From the NCBI GenBank assembly GCA_965228475.1, contig OZ245817.1, positions 64,001 to 128,000 on the forward strand: DNA of 64,000 nucleotides, given 5' to 3'. The notes beneath the pieces were generated by a model that was not told where the DNA came from, ran no database searches, and saw only the letters and a list, made by a program, of their open reading frames with translations. The translations under genes and the position numbers were made by a program. The DNA is from Myxococcota bacterium. GTDB taxonomy: Bacteria; Myxococcota_A; UBA9160; JAFDDA01. Of the stretch, positions 1-9,359 are shown piece after piece. Numbering within the stretch: the stretch's first letter is position 1; the number at the start of each line of letters is the position of its first letter.

Positions 1-1029
1 GAGTGGGGCGGCATGGGGCTCGGCCACGTGGCCATGGCCGCCGTCTCCGCGGAAGCGGCGAAGACGCGTTTCGGCCCGTTTGCGCTGAACGCCCAGGCGC
101 CCGACGAGGGCAACATGCACACGCTCCTGCACTGGGCGACGGACGACCAGAAGGAGCGTTACCTGAAGCCGCTCTGCCAGGGCAAGGCGCGCTCATGCTT
201 CGCGATGACGGAGCCCGAGGTCGCGGGCTCGGACCCGACGCTCATCCAGACCAAGGCCACCGAGCGCGACGACCACTGGGAGATCCACGGCCACAAGTGG
301 TTCATCTCGGGCGCCAAGGGCGCACAGTTCGCGATCCTGATCGCGCGCACCGAGGACGATCCGGATCTTCCCCAGGCCGCGAACTCCGCCTTCCTCGTCG
401 ACCTGCCGTCCGAAGGGTGGGAGATCGTGCGCGACGTGCACACGATGAGCGGCAGCCACAACCACTGCGAGATCAAGATCGACGGCCTGAAGGTGCCGAA
501 GGAGAACATGCTCGGCGGCCGCGGCCAGGGGCACCTGCTCGGCCAGGCGCGGCTCGGGCCGGCGCGCCTCGCCCACTGCATGCGTTGGGTCGGTCAGGCG
601 GAGGTCGCCCTCGAGATGATGGTCGACCGCGCCCAGAAGCGGTACGCGCACGGCTCCTACCTCGCGGAGAAGCAGGGCATCCAGTGGATGATCGCCGACA
701 GCTCCATGGAGCTCTACCAGTGCAAGCTGATGATCCTCCACGCCGCCTACAAGATCGATCGCAAGGAGGACTTCAAGAGCGAGGTCTCCATGGCGAAGCA
801 CTTCGTGGCGAACTCGCTGAACCGCATCATCGACCGTGCGATCCAGGTGCACGGGGCGCTCGGCTACAGCACGGACACGCCGCTCGCGGACATGCTGAAG
901 CAGGCGCGCTGGGCCCGCTTCGCCGACGGCGCCGACGAGGTGCACCAGTGGCGCATCGCCATGCGCACGATCGAGGCCTACACCAAGACCGGAAGCGTGA
1001 ACGCCGCGACCGGCGGACTCCCTCTCTAG
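1..1029 (+). CDS. Acyl-CoA dehydrogenase (5'-truncated by window edge)
   Basis: Frame open from base 1 (EWGGMGL); motifs APDEGNM, CFAMTEPEVAGSD, GHKWFISGA, QVHGALG, RFADGADEVH. Confidence 0.93.
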   Translation, partial: EWGGMGLGHVAMAAVSAEAAKTRFGPFALNAQAPDEGNMHTLLHWATDDQKERYLKPLCQGKARSCFAMTEPEVAGSDPTLIQTKATERDDHWEIHGHKWFISGAKGAQFAILIARTEDDPDLPQAANSAFLVDLPSEGWEIVRDVHTMSGSHNHCEIKIDGLKVPKENMLGGRGQGHLLGQARLGPARLAHCMRWVGQAEVALEMMVDRAQKRYAHGSYLAEKQGIQWMIADSSMELYQCKLMILHAAYKIDRKEDFKSEVSMAKHFVANSLNRIIDRAIQVHGALGYSTDTPLADMLKQARWARFADGADEVHQWRIAMRTIEAYTKTGSVNAATGGLPL

Positions 1030-1030
1030 G

Positions 1031-1219
1031 ATGGGCGACGAAGAAGTCACGCTGGAAGGTGAAGTCGGTACGCCCTACGCCTCGGCCGAGACGCCCGAGG
1101 GCGGGGGCTTCGACTTCATCGTGTTCGGCCTGATCGTCGCGGTCGTCGTCCTCGTCGCGATCCAGAACGTGTGGCTACGGCGCAAGGCCGAGCGCGAGAA
1201 CACCGAGGGCTCGGACTGA
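1031..1219 (+). CDS. Small single-pass membrane protein (62 aa)
   Basis: Starts 1 nt after the upstream stop; one hydrophobic stretch followed by RRK; host-like codon usage. Confidence 0.6.
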   Translation: MGDEEVTLEGEVGTPYASAETPEGGGFDFIVFGLIVAVVVLVAIQNVWLRRKAERENTEGSD

Positions 1220-1278
1220 GCCCGTCCCTGCACCCGTGATGCAAGAGTCCCCGTGATCCAGGAGTCCGAGACCCCGCC

Positions 1279-2967
1279 ATGACCCAGCGCGCCCCCGAGA
1301 TGTCCTTCGAAGAAGCCTGCGCCGCGGCCTGCGGGCCCGACGGCATGTTCCCGATCGTCGAGCACGAGGTGCGCGGGAACGTCGTGCCCGTCTTCAAGAA
1401 CGCGCCGCCCTCGCTGCGGCACCTGTTCGGCGTGGCGCGCACGCGGCCGGACGAGGATTTCCTCGTCTACGAGGACGAGCGCTGGACCTTCGGCGACGCC
1501 ATGGCCAAGGTCGACGCGACGGCGGCGATGCTCGTCGAGCGCTACGGGATCGAGCGCGGGGACCGCGTGGCGATCGCCATGCGGAACTATCCGGAGTTCA
1601 TCACCACCTTCGCGGCCGTCACCTCCGTCGGCGGCATCGCCGTCCTGATGAACGCGTGGTGGACGCCCGAGGAGATGGCCTACGGCCTCGAAGACTCCGG
1701 CGCGAAGCTGCTCGTCGCGGACGCGGAGCGCATCGCGCGCGCCCTGCCCTGCCAGGCGAAGCTCGGCTTCCGGATCGTGGCCGTTCGTGCGGAGGAGCCC
1801 CAGGAGGGGATCGATCGCCTCGAGGAGACCTGGCAGCTCGGCGCGGTGCTTCCCGAGGTGGAGGTCGGCCCCGAGGACGACGCGACCATCCTCTATACCT
1901 CGGGAACCACGGGCTTCCCCAAGGGCGCCGTCTCGACCCACCGCGCCGTGGTGAACTCGCTTGCCGGCTTCGCCGCGCGCACCGCCATCAACCGCATGAT
2001 GTTCCCGCCGAGCGAGGCCCCGGCCCACCCGACGAGCTTCATCCTGGTCGTGCCGCTCTTCCACGTGACCGGGCTCGTACCCGTGATGATGAGCTGCTTC
2101 GCCGGCGGCTACAAACTCGTGATGATGTATAAGTGGAACGCCGAGCGCGCCCTCGAGCTGATCGAGCGCGAGCGCGTCACGCAGTTCGTCGGCGTCCCGA
2201 CCCAGAGCTTCGACCTGCTCGAATCGCCGAACTTCGCGAAACACGACACGTCGAGCCTCACCAACGTCGGCGGCGGCGGTGCGCCCGCGCCGCCCGAGCT
2301 CGTGCGCAAGATCGACAAGGGCTTCAAGCGCGGCGCGCCCGGCATCGGCTACGGCATGACCGAGACCAACGCCTACGGCCCCGGCAACACCGGCGCCGAG
2401 TACCTGGCCAAGCCCCGCAGCACCGGCCGCACCATCCCGATCATGCGCATCGAGGTGCGCGACGAAGCCGGCAAGGAAGTGCCGCGCGGGGAGATTGGGG
2501 AGATCTGGTTCTACGGCCCGATGCTGATCCGCGGCTACTGGAACAAGCCCGAAGCCACGGCCGAGACCATCGTCGACGGCTGGCTGCGCAGCGGCGACCT
2601 CGGCCGCATGGACGAGGAGGGCTTCCTGTTCGTGGAAGACCGCGCGAAGGACATGGTCCTGCGCGGCGGCGAGAACATCTACTGCGCCGAGGTCGAGGCG
2701 GCCATCTACGAGTTCCCCGCCGTGCACGAAGCGGCCGTCTTCGGCATGCCCCACGACCGTCTCGGCGAAGAGGTCGCCTGCGCCCTCGTCGCCAAGCGCG
2801 GCGAGACGATCGACGTGAACGCCCTCGGCACCCACCTGAAGGAGCACATCGCCGGCTTCAAGATCCCCACGATCTGGGAAGTCCGCGACGAGCCCCTGCC
2901 GAGAAACGCCTCCGGCAAGATCCTGAAGCGCGACCTCCGCGACGAGCTTCTGGCCCGGGAGGGCTAG
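1279..2967 (+). CDS. Long-chain fatty acid-CoA ligase / class I adenylate-forming enzyme
   Basis: YTSGTTGFPKG, GYGMTET, SGDLG, RAKDMVLRGGENI, LPRNASGKILK. Confidence 0.93.
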   Translation: MTQRAPEMSFEEACAAACGPDGMFPIVEHEVRGNVVPVFKNAPPSLRHLFGVARTRPDEDFLVYEDERWTFGDAMAKVDATAAMLVERYGIERGDRVAIAMRNYPEFITTFAAVTSVGGIAVLMNAWWTPEEMAYGLEDSGAKLLVADAERIARALPCQAKLGFRIVAVRAEEPQEGIDRLEETWQLGAVLPEVEVGPEDDATILYTSGTTGFPKGAVSTHRAVVNSLAGFAARTAINRMMFPPSEAPAHPTSFILVVPLFHVTGLVPVMMSCFAGGYKLVMMYKWNAERALELIERERVTQFVGVPTQSFDLLESPNFAKHDTSSLTNVGGGGAPAPPELVRKIDKGFKRGAPGIGYGMTETNAYGPGNTGAEYLAKPRSTGRTIPIMRIEVRDEAGKEVPRGEIGEIWFYGPMLIRGYWNKPEATAETIVDGWLRSGDLGRMDEEGFLFVEDRAKDMVLRGGENIYCAEVEAAIYEFPAVHEAAVFGMPHDRLGEEVACALVAKRGETIDVNALGTHLKEHIAGFKIPTIWEVRDEPLPRNASGKILKRDLRDELLAREG

Positions 2968-3146
2968 GGGTGGGCCTCCAGGTTTCTCTCACGGATGGCG
3001 TTTCTCGAGCCGTGATTCTTCAGCCACTCGGCCACCGTCGAAGGGTCTTCAGGAGCAGGGTCGAGGTCGCCTCAGGGGGGCTCTTCTCGGCACGCAAGAG
3101 GGCGAGCTTCCTCAAAATCCACCATGGTTTGCGGGGATACTTGCGA

Positions 3147-3204
3147 GTAGGCCGTGGGGAACGTTACGCTCGGCTTCGCCGGAGCGTAACGTTCCCCACG
3201 GCCT
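3147..3204. repeat. GTAG-headed perfect 23-bp inverted repeat (REP-like hairpin)
   Basis: AGGCCGTGGGGAACGTTACGCTC (3149-3171) is the exact reverse complement of 3182-3204; 10-nt loop; GTAG at 3147-3150. Confidence 0.85.
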
Positions 3205-3232
3205 GGGCGCGGGCAAACGCTACCTGCCGGGG

Positions 3233-3260
3233 TTGACAAATCGTCGGATGCTCTAAGAAT
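3233..3260 (+). promoter_or_regulatory. Candidate sigma70 promoter for the insert genes
   Basis: Perfect TTGACA (3233-3238), 16-nt spacer, AAGAAT (3255-3260). Confidence 0.5.
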
Positions 3261-3374
3261 GACCCAGCCCTCGCACTCGCTACCCCCCTCCGGGGTATTG
3301 CTCTAGTGGCTCGGGGGCGAGCTTCATCGGATCGGGCTTCCCCCCCCATCCGTTCGGCTGGGGCAGGGGGAGGA

Positions 3375-3563
3375 ATGATGGCGCATAGCGTGTCTTTGCG
3401 AGCGACTACCAAGAAGGCTCCTGCCTACAAGCTTCCTTCTGAGACTCTGAGGCAGATCGTTAGTAGGTATGCCCGAGGCAATGTGCGTTTGAAGCTGCGT
3501 CGGTATGTGACTGAGGCGGAGCTAAGGGCGCGCCGAGAGAAAGTGCTAGCAGAAGACTTCTAG
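3375..3563 (+). CDS. Small basic hypothetical protein (about 62 aa)
   Basis: GGAGG RBS just before ATGATG; Arg/Lys-rich (YARGNVRLKLRRYVTE); atypical codon usage. Confidence 0.65.
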   Translation: MMAHSVSLRATTKKAPAYKLPSETLRQIVSRYARGNVRLKLRRYVTEAELRARREKVLAEDF

Positions 3564-3605
3564 CACTGCCTTGACGACTCCGGGCTCGATGAATATGAAG
3601 ACTGC

Positions 3606-4241
3606 ATGTCGCCCGAAGAGACCCTCGAAAAGCTTGCTGACCTAAAAGCGGACTACGCAGCGGCAGAAGAGATCGCCAAGAAGTGCGAGACGTACTTTGG
3701 TGAGGCGGTGATTCCTGCGTTCAATGAGTTGCGCTACGCGGGTTTTCACTCACTTCAAGCCGCAGACGCCGCAAGGCTCGGCGATGGGGGCAAGACCGAT
3801 GAGCAACTCGGCAAGGCCGCATCTCATTGCCACCGTGCGAGATACGATGCCGCTGAGGCGGGGGTAGTTTGTTGTATCGAGGCTTTCAACCAGTTTCGCG
3901 CTGACTACGACCTCATCCCGATCACCGACATCGTCGCGAACTATCCGCACTCGATGTCGGCATTCCGAGACGCAAAGGCACTCATCGCTACGGCCCGCCG
4001 AGATGATGAGACACGAGAAGAGTATGCGGAGAGGTGCGAGAAGCTATTCGATCAGCTCTACGCCATCCTGCAGGGTCTTAACGACCACCGCGAGGAGCTC
4101 AACAAGCGAGTTCGGAGTACCAAAGAAGAAGAGGCTCGCCGCGAGGCGAGCAGGCAGCGGTGGCAGCTCGCAACGGGTATCGCAGTTTGGGGAGCAATCG
4201 TCTCTACGATCGCTCTAGGGTTCTCTCTAGGGGCTGGCTGA
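3606..4241 (+). CDS. Hypothetical helical protein with NELRYAGFH motif and C-terminal TM helix
   Basis: 211-aa ORF in a lower-GC stretch; R-x4-H-type motif, SHCHRARYD, charged coiled segment, hydrophobic C-terminus. Confidence 0.8.
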   Translation: MSPEETLEKLADLKADYAAAEEIAKKCETYFGEAVIPAFNELRYAGFHSLQAADAARLGDGGKTDEQLGKAASHCHRARYDAAEAGVVCCIEAFNQFRADYDLIPITDIVANYPHSMSAFRDAKALIATARRDDETREEYAERCEKLFDQLYAILQGLNDHREELNKRVRSTKEEEARREASRQRWQLATGIAVWGAIVSTIALGFSLGAG

Positions 4242-4444
4242 TCTTGCTGGTTGTAGCTGAAGCAGGCCGCCCCAGTCCGAACGAATGAACGTTACGAGTC
4301 GGGGACTCTCTTAGCCGGACAACGTATCCCGCAACATCCGGCATCTGATCTTGGCCGAAGTCGGGTAAGACCGTCCCGTTCCCCGACTGGCCGTCCCCGC
4401 AGGCCCGGCTAGATGTACGGTTCCAGCCAGCGGGAGCGTGCCGT

Positions 4445-5413
4445 ATGGGCCGATTGATCGAAGGGGTCTGGAGCGAGGAGTGGTACGACACGAAGTCGTC
4501 CGGTGGCCGCTTCGTTCGCAAGGACAGTAGTTTCCGCGAGCACGTCCGGGCCGACGGCTCGACGCCGTTCAAGCCCGAGGCCGGGCGCTACCACCTCTAC
4601 GTCTCCCTGGCCTGCCCCTGGGCGCATCGGACGCTGATCCTGCGCCGCCTGAAGGGGCTCGAGGCGGCGATCTCGCTCTCGGTCGTGGATCCGTTCATGG
4701 GGAAGAACGGCTGGGAGTTCGGGGAGAGCCCGGGCTGCATTCCGGACCCGATCCACGGCGCCGAGTTCCTGCACCAGGTCTACACGCAGGCGGATCCGAA
4801 GTACACGGGGCGCGTGACGGTGCCGGTGCTCTGGGATCGCGAGCGGGCGACGATCGTGAACAACGAGTCTTCGGACATCCTGCGCATGTTCAACGCGGAG
4901 TTCGCTGCGATCGCGGAGCATCCGGAGCCGGACTACTACCCGGAGGCGCTGCGGGCGGCGATCGACGAGGCCAATGCGCTCGTCTATCCGAACGTGAACA
5001 ACGGCGTCTATCGCTGCGGCTTCGCGACGACCCAGGAGGCCTACGAGGAGGCGTTCGCCGAGCTCTTCGGGACGCTCGACACCCTCGAGAAGCGGCTCGG
5101 GCGCCAGCGCTACCTGGTCGGGGATGCGATCACCGAAGCGGACTGGCGGCTCTTCACGACCCTCGTTCGCTTCGACGCCGTCTACGTCGGCCACTTCAAG
5201 TGCAACCTGCGCCGCATCGCGGACATGCCGAACCTGCACGGCTACCTGCGCGAGCTCTACCAGGTGCCCGGCGTCGCGGAGACCGTCGACATGACCCACA
5301 TCAAGCGCCACTACTACGAGAGCCACGGGACGATCAATCCGACGGGCGTGGTCCCCGTCGGCCCCGCGCTCGAACTCGACGCGCCCCACGGACGAGAGGG
5401 AGTTTCCTCATGA
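4445..5413 (+). CDS. yqjG: Glutathionyl-hydroquinone reductase (omega-like GST, YqjG family)
   Basis: RYHLYVSLACPWAHR, GRVTVPVLWD, NNESSDI, NNGVYRCGFA, RFDAVYVGHFKCN. Confidence 0.93.
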   Translation: MGRLIEGVWSEEWYDTKSSGGRFVRKDSSFREHVRADGSTPFKPEAGRYHLYVSLACPWAHRTLILRRLKGLEAAISLSVVDPFMGKNGWEFGESPGCIPDPIHGAEFLHQVYTQADPKYTGRVTVPVLWDRERATIVNNESSDILRMFNAEFAAIAEHPEPDYYPEALRAAIDEANALVYPNVNNGVYRCGFATTQEAYEEAFAELFGTLDTLEKRLGRQRYLVGDAITEADWRLFTTLVRFDAVYVGHFKCNLRRIADMPNLHGYLRELYQVPGVAETVDMTHIKRHYYESHGTINPTGVVPVGPALELDAPHGREGVSS

Positions 5414-5754
5414 GCCTCCGAGAAAACGTGCAGGCCGTGATCGACGGCATCCTCGCCGGGGACGTCCTCGGCACCTTCGATGCCTGGTACGCGGACGACG
5501 TGGTGATGAGCGAGAACGGCACGGACGAGCGTGTCGGGAAGGCGGCGAACCGCGCCTACGAGGAGGCCTTCGTGAACGGCGTCGAGTTCCACGGCGCCGA
5601 AGTCGGCGCCGTGATCGTCGATGGGGACCAGGCCGCCGTCGAGTGGACCTTCGATCTGACGCCGAAGGGCGGCGAGCGCATGCTGCAGCGGCAGGTGGCC
5701 GTCCAGACCTGGCGCGACGGCCGCGTCGTGCGCGAGGTCTTCTACCACGGCTGA
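5410..5754 (+). CDS. SnoaL/NTF2-like protein
   Basis: ATGA overlap with yqjG stop; WYADDVVMSEN...VQTWRDGRVVREVFY. Confidence 0.85.
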   Translation: MSLRENVQAVIDGILAGDVLGTFDAWYADDVVMSENGTDERVGKAANRAYEEAFVNGVEFHGAEVGAVIVDGDQAAVEWTFDLTPKGGERMLQRQVAVQTWRDGRVVREVFYHG

Positions 5755-5762
5755 GCCGCGGC

Positions 5763-6401
5763 CTAGTCCTCGCCTTCGATCTCGCTCCGGTCGAAGGTCA
5801 CGGTCCAGAACTTCCAGAACATGTAGATCTGGGCGCCGAGCCCGGTGAGGGCGCCGCCCAGTGCGAGCAGGGTCAGCGGAGAGCCCGGCCCGGCCCAGGC
5901 CGAGAGCGGCGTGGCGATGACGAGCCACACGACCGTGAGCGCCGAGGGCAGATAGCCGTCGTCGACGTTCGAGAGCTGGTCCTGTCCGTCGATCTGATGG
6001 GCGAGGACCGCCCGGTAGATCCCGAAGTTCGTCCCCGCGGCGACCACGAACAGCACCGCCAGCAGCCCGAGGAACCACGGCACGCGATCCGGGCCGAGCG
6101 TGCTGATCAGGCCGAACTCGAGCAGCCCGATCACGAAGGGTGCGACGAGGTCCTGGAAGCGCGGCACCCAGCTGAAGCGCAGCACGAGCGACGCGTACAT
6201 CAGCCAGATGACGACGATGCCGAGGAAGACGGCGGCGATCTGGACGAGCCCCGCAGCCCGCGCGCCGAAGGCGTCCCAGCGCCCGAGGCCGCCAACGCCC
6301 TGGTTCCAGAGGAGCTCGAGCACCAGGGCCTGCAGGATGCCGAGGACGCCGAGCAGCACCTGCGGGAGCTGCTCCCGCGCCCGTTCGTGTTGGCTGCGCA
6401 C
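5763..6401 (-). CDS. Multi-pass membrane hypothetical protein
   Basis: 212-aa ORF with about 6 hydrophobic segments filling the gap between genes. Confidence 0.7.
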   Translation of the reverse strand: MRSQHERAREQLPQVLLGVLGILQALVLELLWNQGVGGLGRWDAFGARAAGLVQIAAVFLGIVVIWLMYASLVLRFSWVPRFQDLVAPFVIGLLEFGLISTLGPDRVPWFLGLLAVLFVVAAGTNFGIYRAVLAHQIDGQDQLSNVDDGYLPSALTVVWLVIATPLSAWAGPGSPLTLLALGGALTGLGAQIYMFWKFWTVTFDRSEIEGED

Positions 6402-6448
6402 GCCGCGACGTTATCGACCCGGCGCGGCGGGCGCCCGCTTCTTCGGCG

Positions 6449-7534
6449 CTAGCCCGTCGACTCGATCCACTCGTCGAGGTTCTCCGGGAACTGGACGTGG
6501 AGGTCGAGCTGCCTCGCTCGCTCCTCGCCGAGGTTCGCCTCGAACATCTCCCGGAAGTGGCCCTCGATCCGCTCGCTGAACAGGCCGATCTTGCGCAGCG
6601 TCGGGATCACGAAGCCGCGCACGGGGCCGCTCGTCCCGCCCTGCTTCGCCATCGCTTCCATGACGGCGCTGCGTTCGGTGAGGATCTGCTGGAAGGCTTC
6701 CTCCGGGTCGAGGCCGGCCTCGCGCCAGATGCCGAGGGCGCTCTGGCGCATGGTCTTGCCCGCGCGCGAATCGATCAGCAGGCGCGCGGCCTCGAAGGCG
6801 AAGTCCTCGAGCTCGGCCTTCTTCTCGTCGCTCTGCTCGGCCACGACGTGGCCCAGGTACTTCACGCCGAAACCCGTGTGGCGCGCTTCATCGCGCGAGA
6901 CGTAGGTGAGGAGCTGCTTCAGCAGCGGCTCGCTCGTGGTGTTGCGCATGTCGCGGAAGGTGAAGAGTGCGAGGCCCTCGATCACGATGTTCATGCCGAC
7001 GGCTTTGTGCATCCAGTCGTCGTGGCCGAGGGTCTGGTCGAGGATGTCCTTCAGCGCGGGCATGATCGGGTAGACGTCGTCGATCTGCTTGATGAAGGTG
7101 GCGAAGACCTCGACGTGGCGCGCTTCGTCCAGGGTCTGGGTCGAGGCGTAGAACTTGCCGTCCATGTGGGGGACGGCGTTCACGAGCTGCGAGGCGACCA
7201 TCAGCGCGCCCTGCTCGCCGTGCAGGAAGTTCGAGAGCATGAAGGCGGCGGTGCGGCGGGAGACCTCCCAGCGCGTGTCGTCGTCGAGTCCCTTCCAGAA
7301 GTTCGTCTCCTGGATGGGGAAACCGGCCAGCGAGAAGGTCTTCGCGAACTTCTCCTTGTCGACGCCCTGCTCCCAGTCGAGGTCGCGCATGGCGATCCAC
7401 TGGCGGTCGAGGGCGTTCGCGTAGAGCGTGCGTAGCTCGTCGATCTCGGGCTCGTAGTTCCAGTTGTAGACGGCGTCCATCGCGGCGTGGGTCGCGTCGC
7501 TCTGGGGGTGGGAAACGGGAAGCGGGTGGGCCAT
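6449..7534 (-). CDS. Ferritin-like diiron protein (AurF-like)
   Basis: Paired ExxH ligands (DEARHVE, DEARHTG) plus HGEQGAL and IEGLA. Confidence 0.85.
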   Translation of the reverse strand: MAHPLPVSHPQSDATHAAMDAVYNWNYEPEIDELRTLYANALDRQWIAMRDLDWEQGVDKEKFAKTFSLAGFPIQETNFWKGLDDDTRWEVSRRTAAFMLSNFLHGEQGALMVASQLVNAVPHMDGKFYASTQTLDEARHVEVFATFIKQIDDVYPIMPALKDILDQTLGHDDWMHKAVGMNIVIEGLALFTFRDMRNTTSEPLLKQLLTYVSRDEARHTGFGVKYLGHVVAEQSDEKKAELEDFAFEAARLLIDSRAGKTMRQSALGIWREAGLDPEEAFQQILTERSAVMEAMAKQGGTSGPVRGFVIPTLRKIGLFSERIEGHFREMFEANLGEERARQLDLHVQFPENLDEWIESTG

Positions 7535-7566
7535 GGGTCTGCTCCGTGGGCGCGGGAGTTCGTTCG

Positions 7567-8295
7567 TTATTTCGTTCGCGCGCGTCGGGCTTCGACGCGC
7601 TTCAAGAAGACTTCGCGGCCGGCCCGCACGAAGCGGCGCACGGCGTCGACGGCCGCGTCGACGTCGCGGGCGTCGAGGGCGGTGCGGAGATCCTTGGCGA
7701 TCGGGATGACGGCCTCGCGCGGCGGGCGCAGGCGTCCGCGCCGCCCGCGTCGGCCGACGTCGTTCTGGATCGATCGCAGGCCGTTTCGCATGAGGCGCAG
7801 CACGAGGTGACCGCTCGCCTCGGCCATGAGCTGCACGAGCGCCTCGGTGGCGTCGAAGAACTGGTCGTCGCCGCCGGCCGGGTCGGTCATGCGGTCGAGC
7901 AGTTCGTGGGCGCGCGCGAGCTCCTCGCCCGTGGCGCGCTCGACGGCGAAGCGCAGCAGCGAGATCAGGAGCAGCTCGTGGACGTCCATGAACTCGGAGA
8001 GGAGCTCGAGGTCCGGCTCCTCCTTCAACACCAGGAGGTGTCGCAGCACGTCGAGGTTCGCGTCCTCGACGGGGCGGACGGTCGCGCCACCGCCGTGGAC
8101 GATGGAGACGAGCCCGAGCTGGGCGAGCTTCGCCACCGCCTCGCGCACGGTGCTCCGGCCGACGCCAAGCTTCGCCGCCAGCTCGCGCTCCGCCGGCAGG
8201 CGCTCCCCGGCCGTGAAGTCGCCGCGCAGGATCGCGTCGCGCAGATCGTCGGCGACGCTGGCCGATCGGGTTTTTTCCAGAGGCGGGACGGGCAT
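7567..8295 (-). CDS. GntR/FadR-family transcriptional regulator
   Basis: GERLPAERELAAKLGVGRSTVREA winged HTH followed by an FCD-like domain. Confidence 0.9.
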   Translation of the reverse strand: MPVPPLEKTRSASVADDLRDAILRGDFTAGERLPAERELAAKLGVGRSTVREAVAKLAQLGLVSIVHGGGATVRPVEDANLDVLRHLLVLKEEPDLELLSEFMDVHELLLISLLRFAVERATGEELARAHELLDRMTDPAGGDDQFFDATEALVQLMAEASGHLVLRLMRNGLRSIQNDVGRRGRRGRLRPPREAVIPIAKDLRTALDARDVDAAVDAVRRFVRAGREVFLKRVEARRARTK

Positions 8296-8330
8296 TTGCG
8301 GCTCGGACTCCAGCCGGGCTCTTCCGGCAG

Positions 8331-8364
8331 ATTGGTCAGACCAATCCTGATTGGACGGACCATT
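8331..8364. promoter_or_regulatory. Tandem FadR-subfamily operator boxes
   Basis: ATTGGTCAGACCAAT (8331-8345, perfect dyad) and ATTGGACGGACCATT (8350-8364), between divergent GntR and TauD genes. Confidence 0.8.
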
Positions 8365-8460
8365 AGCTCCGATCTCGCCAAGCCGCAACCCGGGCCCGCT
8401 CGGGCCGCCCCTGCGGCGGGCCGTGCCGTAGAATCGGGCCTCCGCGGCCAAGGAGACGCC

Positions 8461-9357
8461 ATGATCCCCCTCGATGAACTCGGTATGGGCCCGCGCCCGT
8501 TCCTCGACGCCCGCCGCCGCGCGCTGGCCGAGCTTCGCTTCGAGCATTTCCGCGTCCGACCGCTCGCGCCGGTGATCGGCGGCGAGGTCTCGGGCGTCGA
8601 TCTCGGCGGCCCGCTCTCGGACGCGGTCGTCGAGGAGCTCACCCGCGCCCTCGAAGAGTTCAAGGTGATCTTCTTCCGCGATCAGGAGCTCTCGCGCGAG
8701 CAGCACCGCGCCTTCGCCGCGCGCTTCGGCGAGCTCGAAGAGCACCCGTTCCTGCCCTCGCCCGACGGCGAGCCCGAGGTGATCCGCTTCGCCAAGGACG
8801 ATCAGGTCGCCGGCGTCGAGAACATCTGGCACAGCGACGTCTCCTGGCGCGAGCTGCCCTCCCTCGGCTCGGTGCTGCGCGCCCACGAAGTCCCGCCCGT
8901 CGGCGGCGACACGCTCTGGGCCGACATGGAGTCCGCCTACGAAGGCCTCGGCGACGAACTGAAGGCGAAGATCGAAGGCCGCGTCGCCATCCACGACTTC
9001 GTGAACAGCTTCGGTCTCGCCATGCCGGCGGAGAAGCGCGAGGAGATGCGCGCGAAGTTCCCGCCCGCGGAACACCCCCTCGTGCGCACCCACCCGAAGA
9101 CGGGCCGCCGCTGCATCTACGTGAACGGCATCTTCACGAGCCACGTGAAGGGGCTCTCGCCCGAGGAGAGCGACGACCTCCTGCGCCAGCTCTACCGCCA
9201 GGCGGCGGTGCCCGAATACCAAGTGCGCTTCACCTGGCAGCCGAACTCCGTGGCCTTCTGGGACAACCGCTCGACCCAGCACTACGCCTCGAACGACTAC
9301 TGGCCCCAGAACCGCGTCATGGATCGCGTCACGATCATCGGCGACCGGCCCCACTGA
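8461..9357 (+). CDS. TauD/TfdA family Fe(II)/2-oxoglutarate dioxygenase
   Basis: WHSDVSW, GGDTLWADM, HPLVRTHP, WDNRSTQH; GGAG RBS. Confidence 0.92.
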   Translation: MIPLDELGMGPRPFLDARRRALAELRFEHFRVRPLAPVIGGEVSGVDLGGPLSDAVVEELTRALEEFKVIFFRDQELSREQHRAFAARFGELEEHPFLPSPDGEPEVIRFAKDDQVAGVENIWHSDVSWRELPSLGSVLRAHEVPPVGGDTLWADMESAYEGLGDELKAKIEGRVAIHDFVNSFGLAMPAEKREEMRAKFPPAEHPLVRTHPKTGRRCIYVNGIFTSHVKGLSPEESDDLLRQLYRQAAVPEYQVRFTWQPNSVAFWDNRSTQHYASNDYWPQNRVMDRVTIIGDRPH

Positions 9358-9359
9358 AC

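Noticed and set aside
1075..2847. Long antisense/alternate-frame ORFs (also 14685-18212, 20683-23640, 35379-38246, 51767-54139 and others)
   Set aside because: Shadow ORFs typical of high-GC DNA; they overlap well-supported genes and carry no family motifs
3149..4440. Insert as an integron cassette or IS element
   Set aside because: No RYYYAAC...GTTRRRY attC structure, transposase or target-site duplication seen
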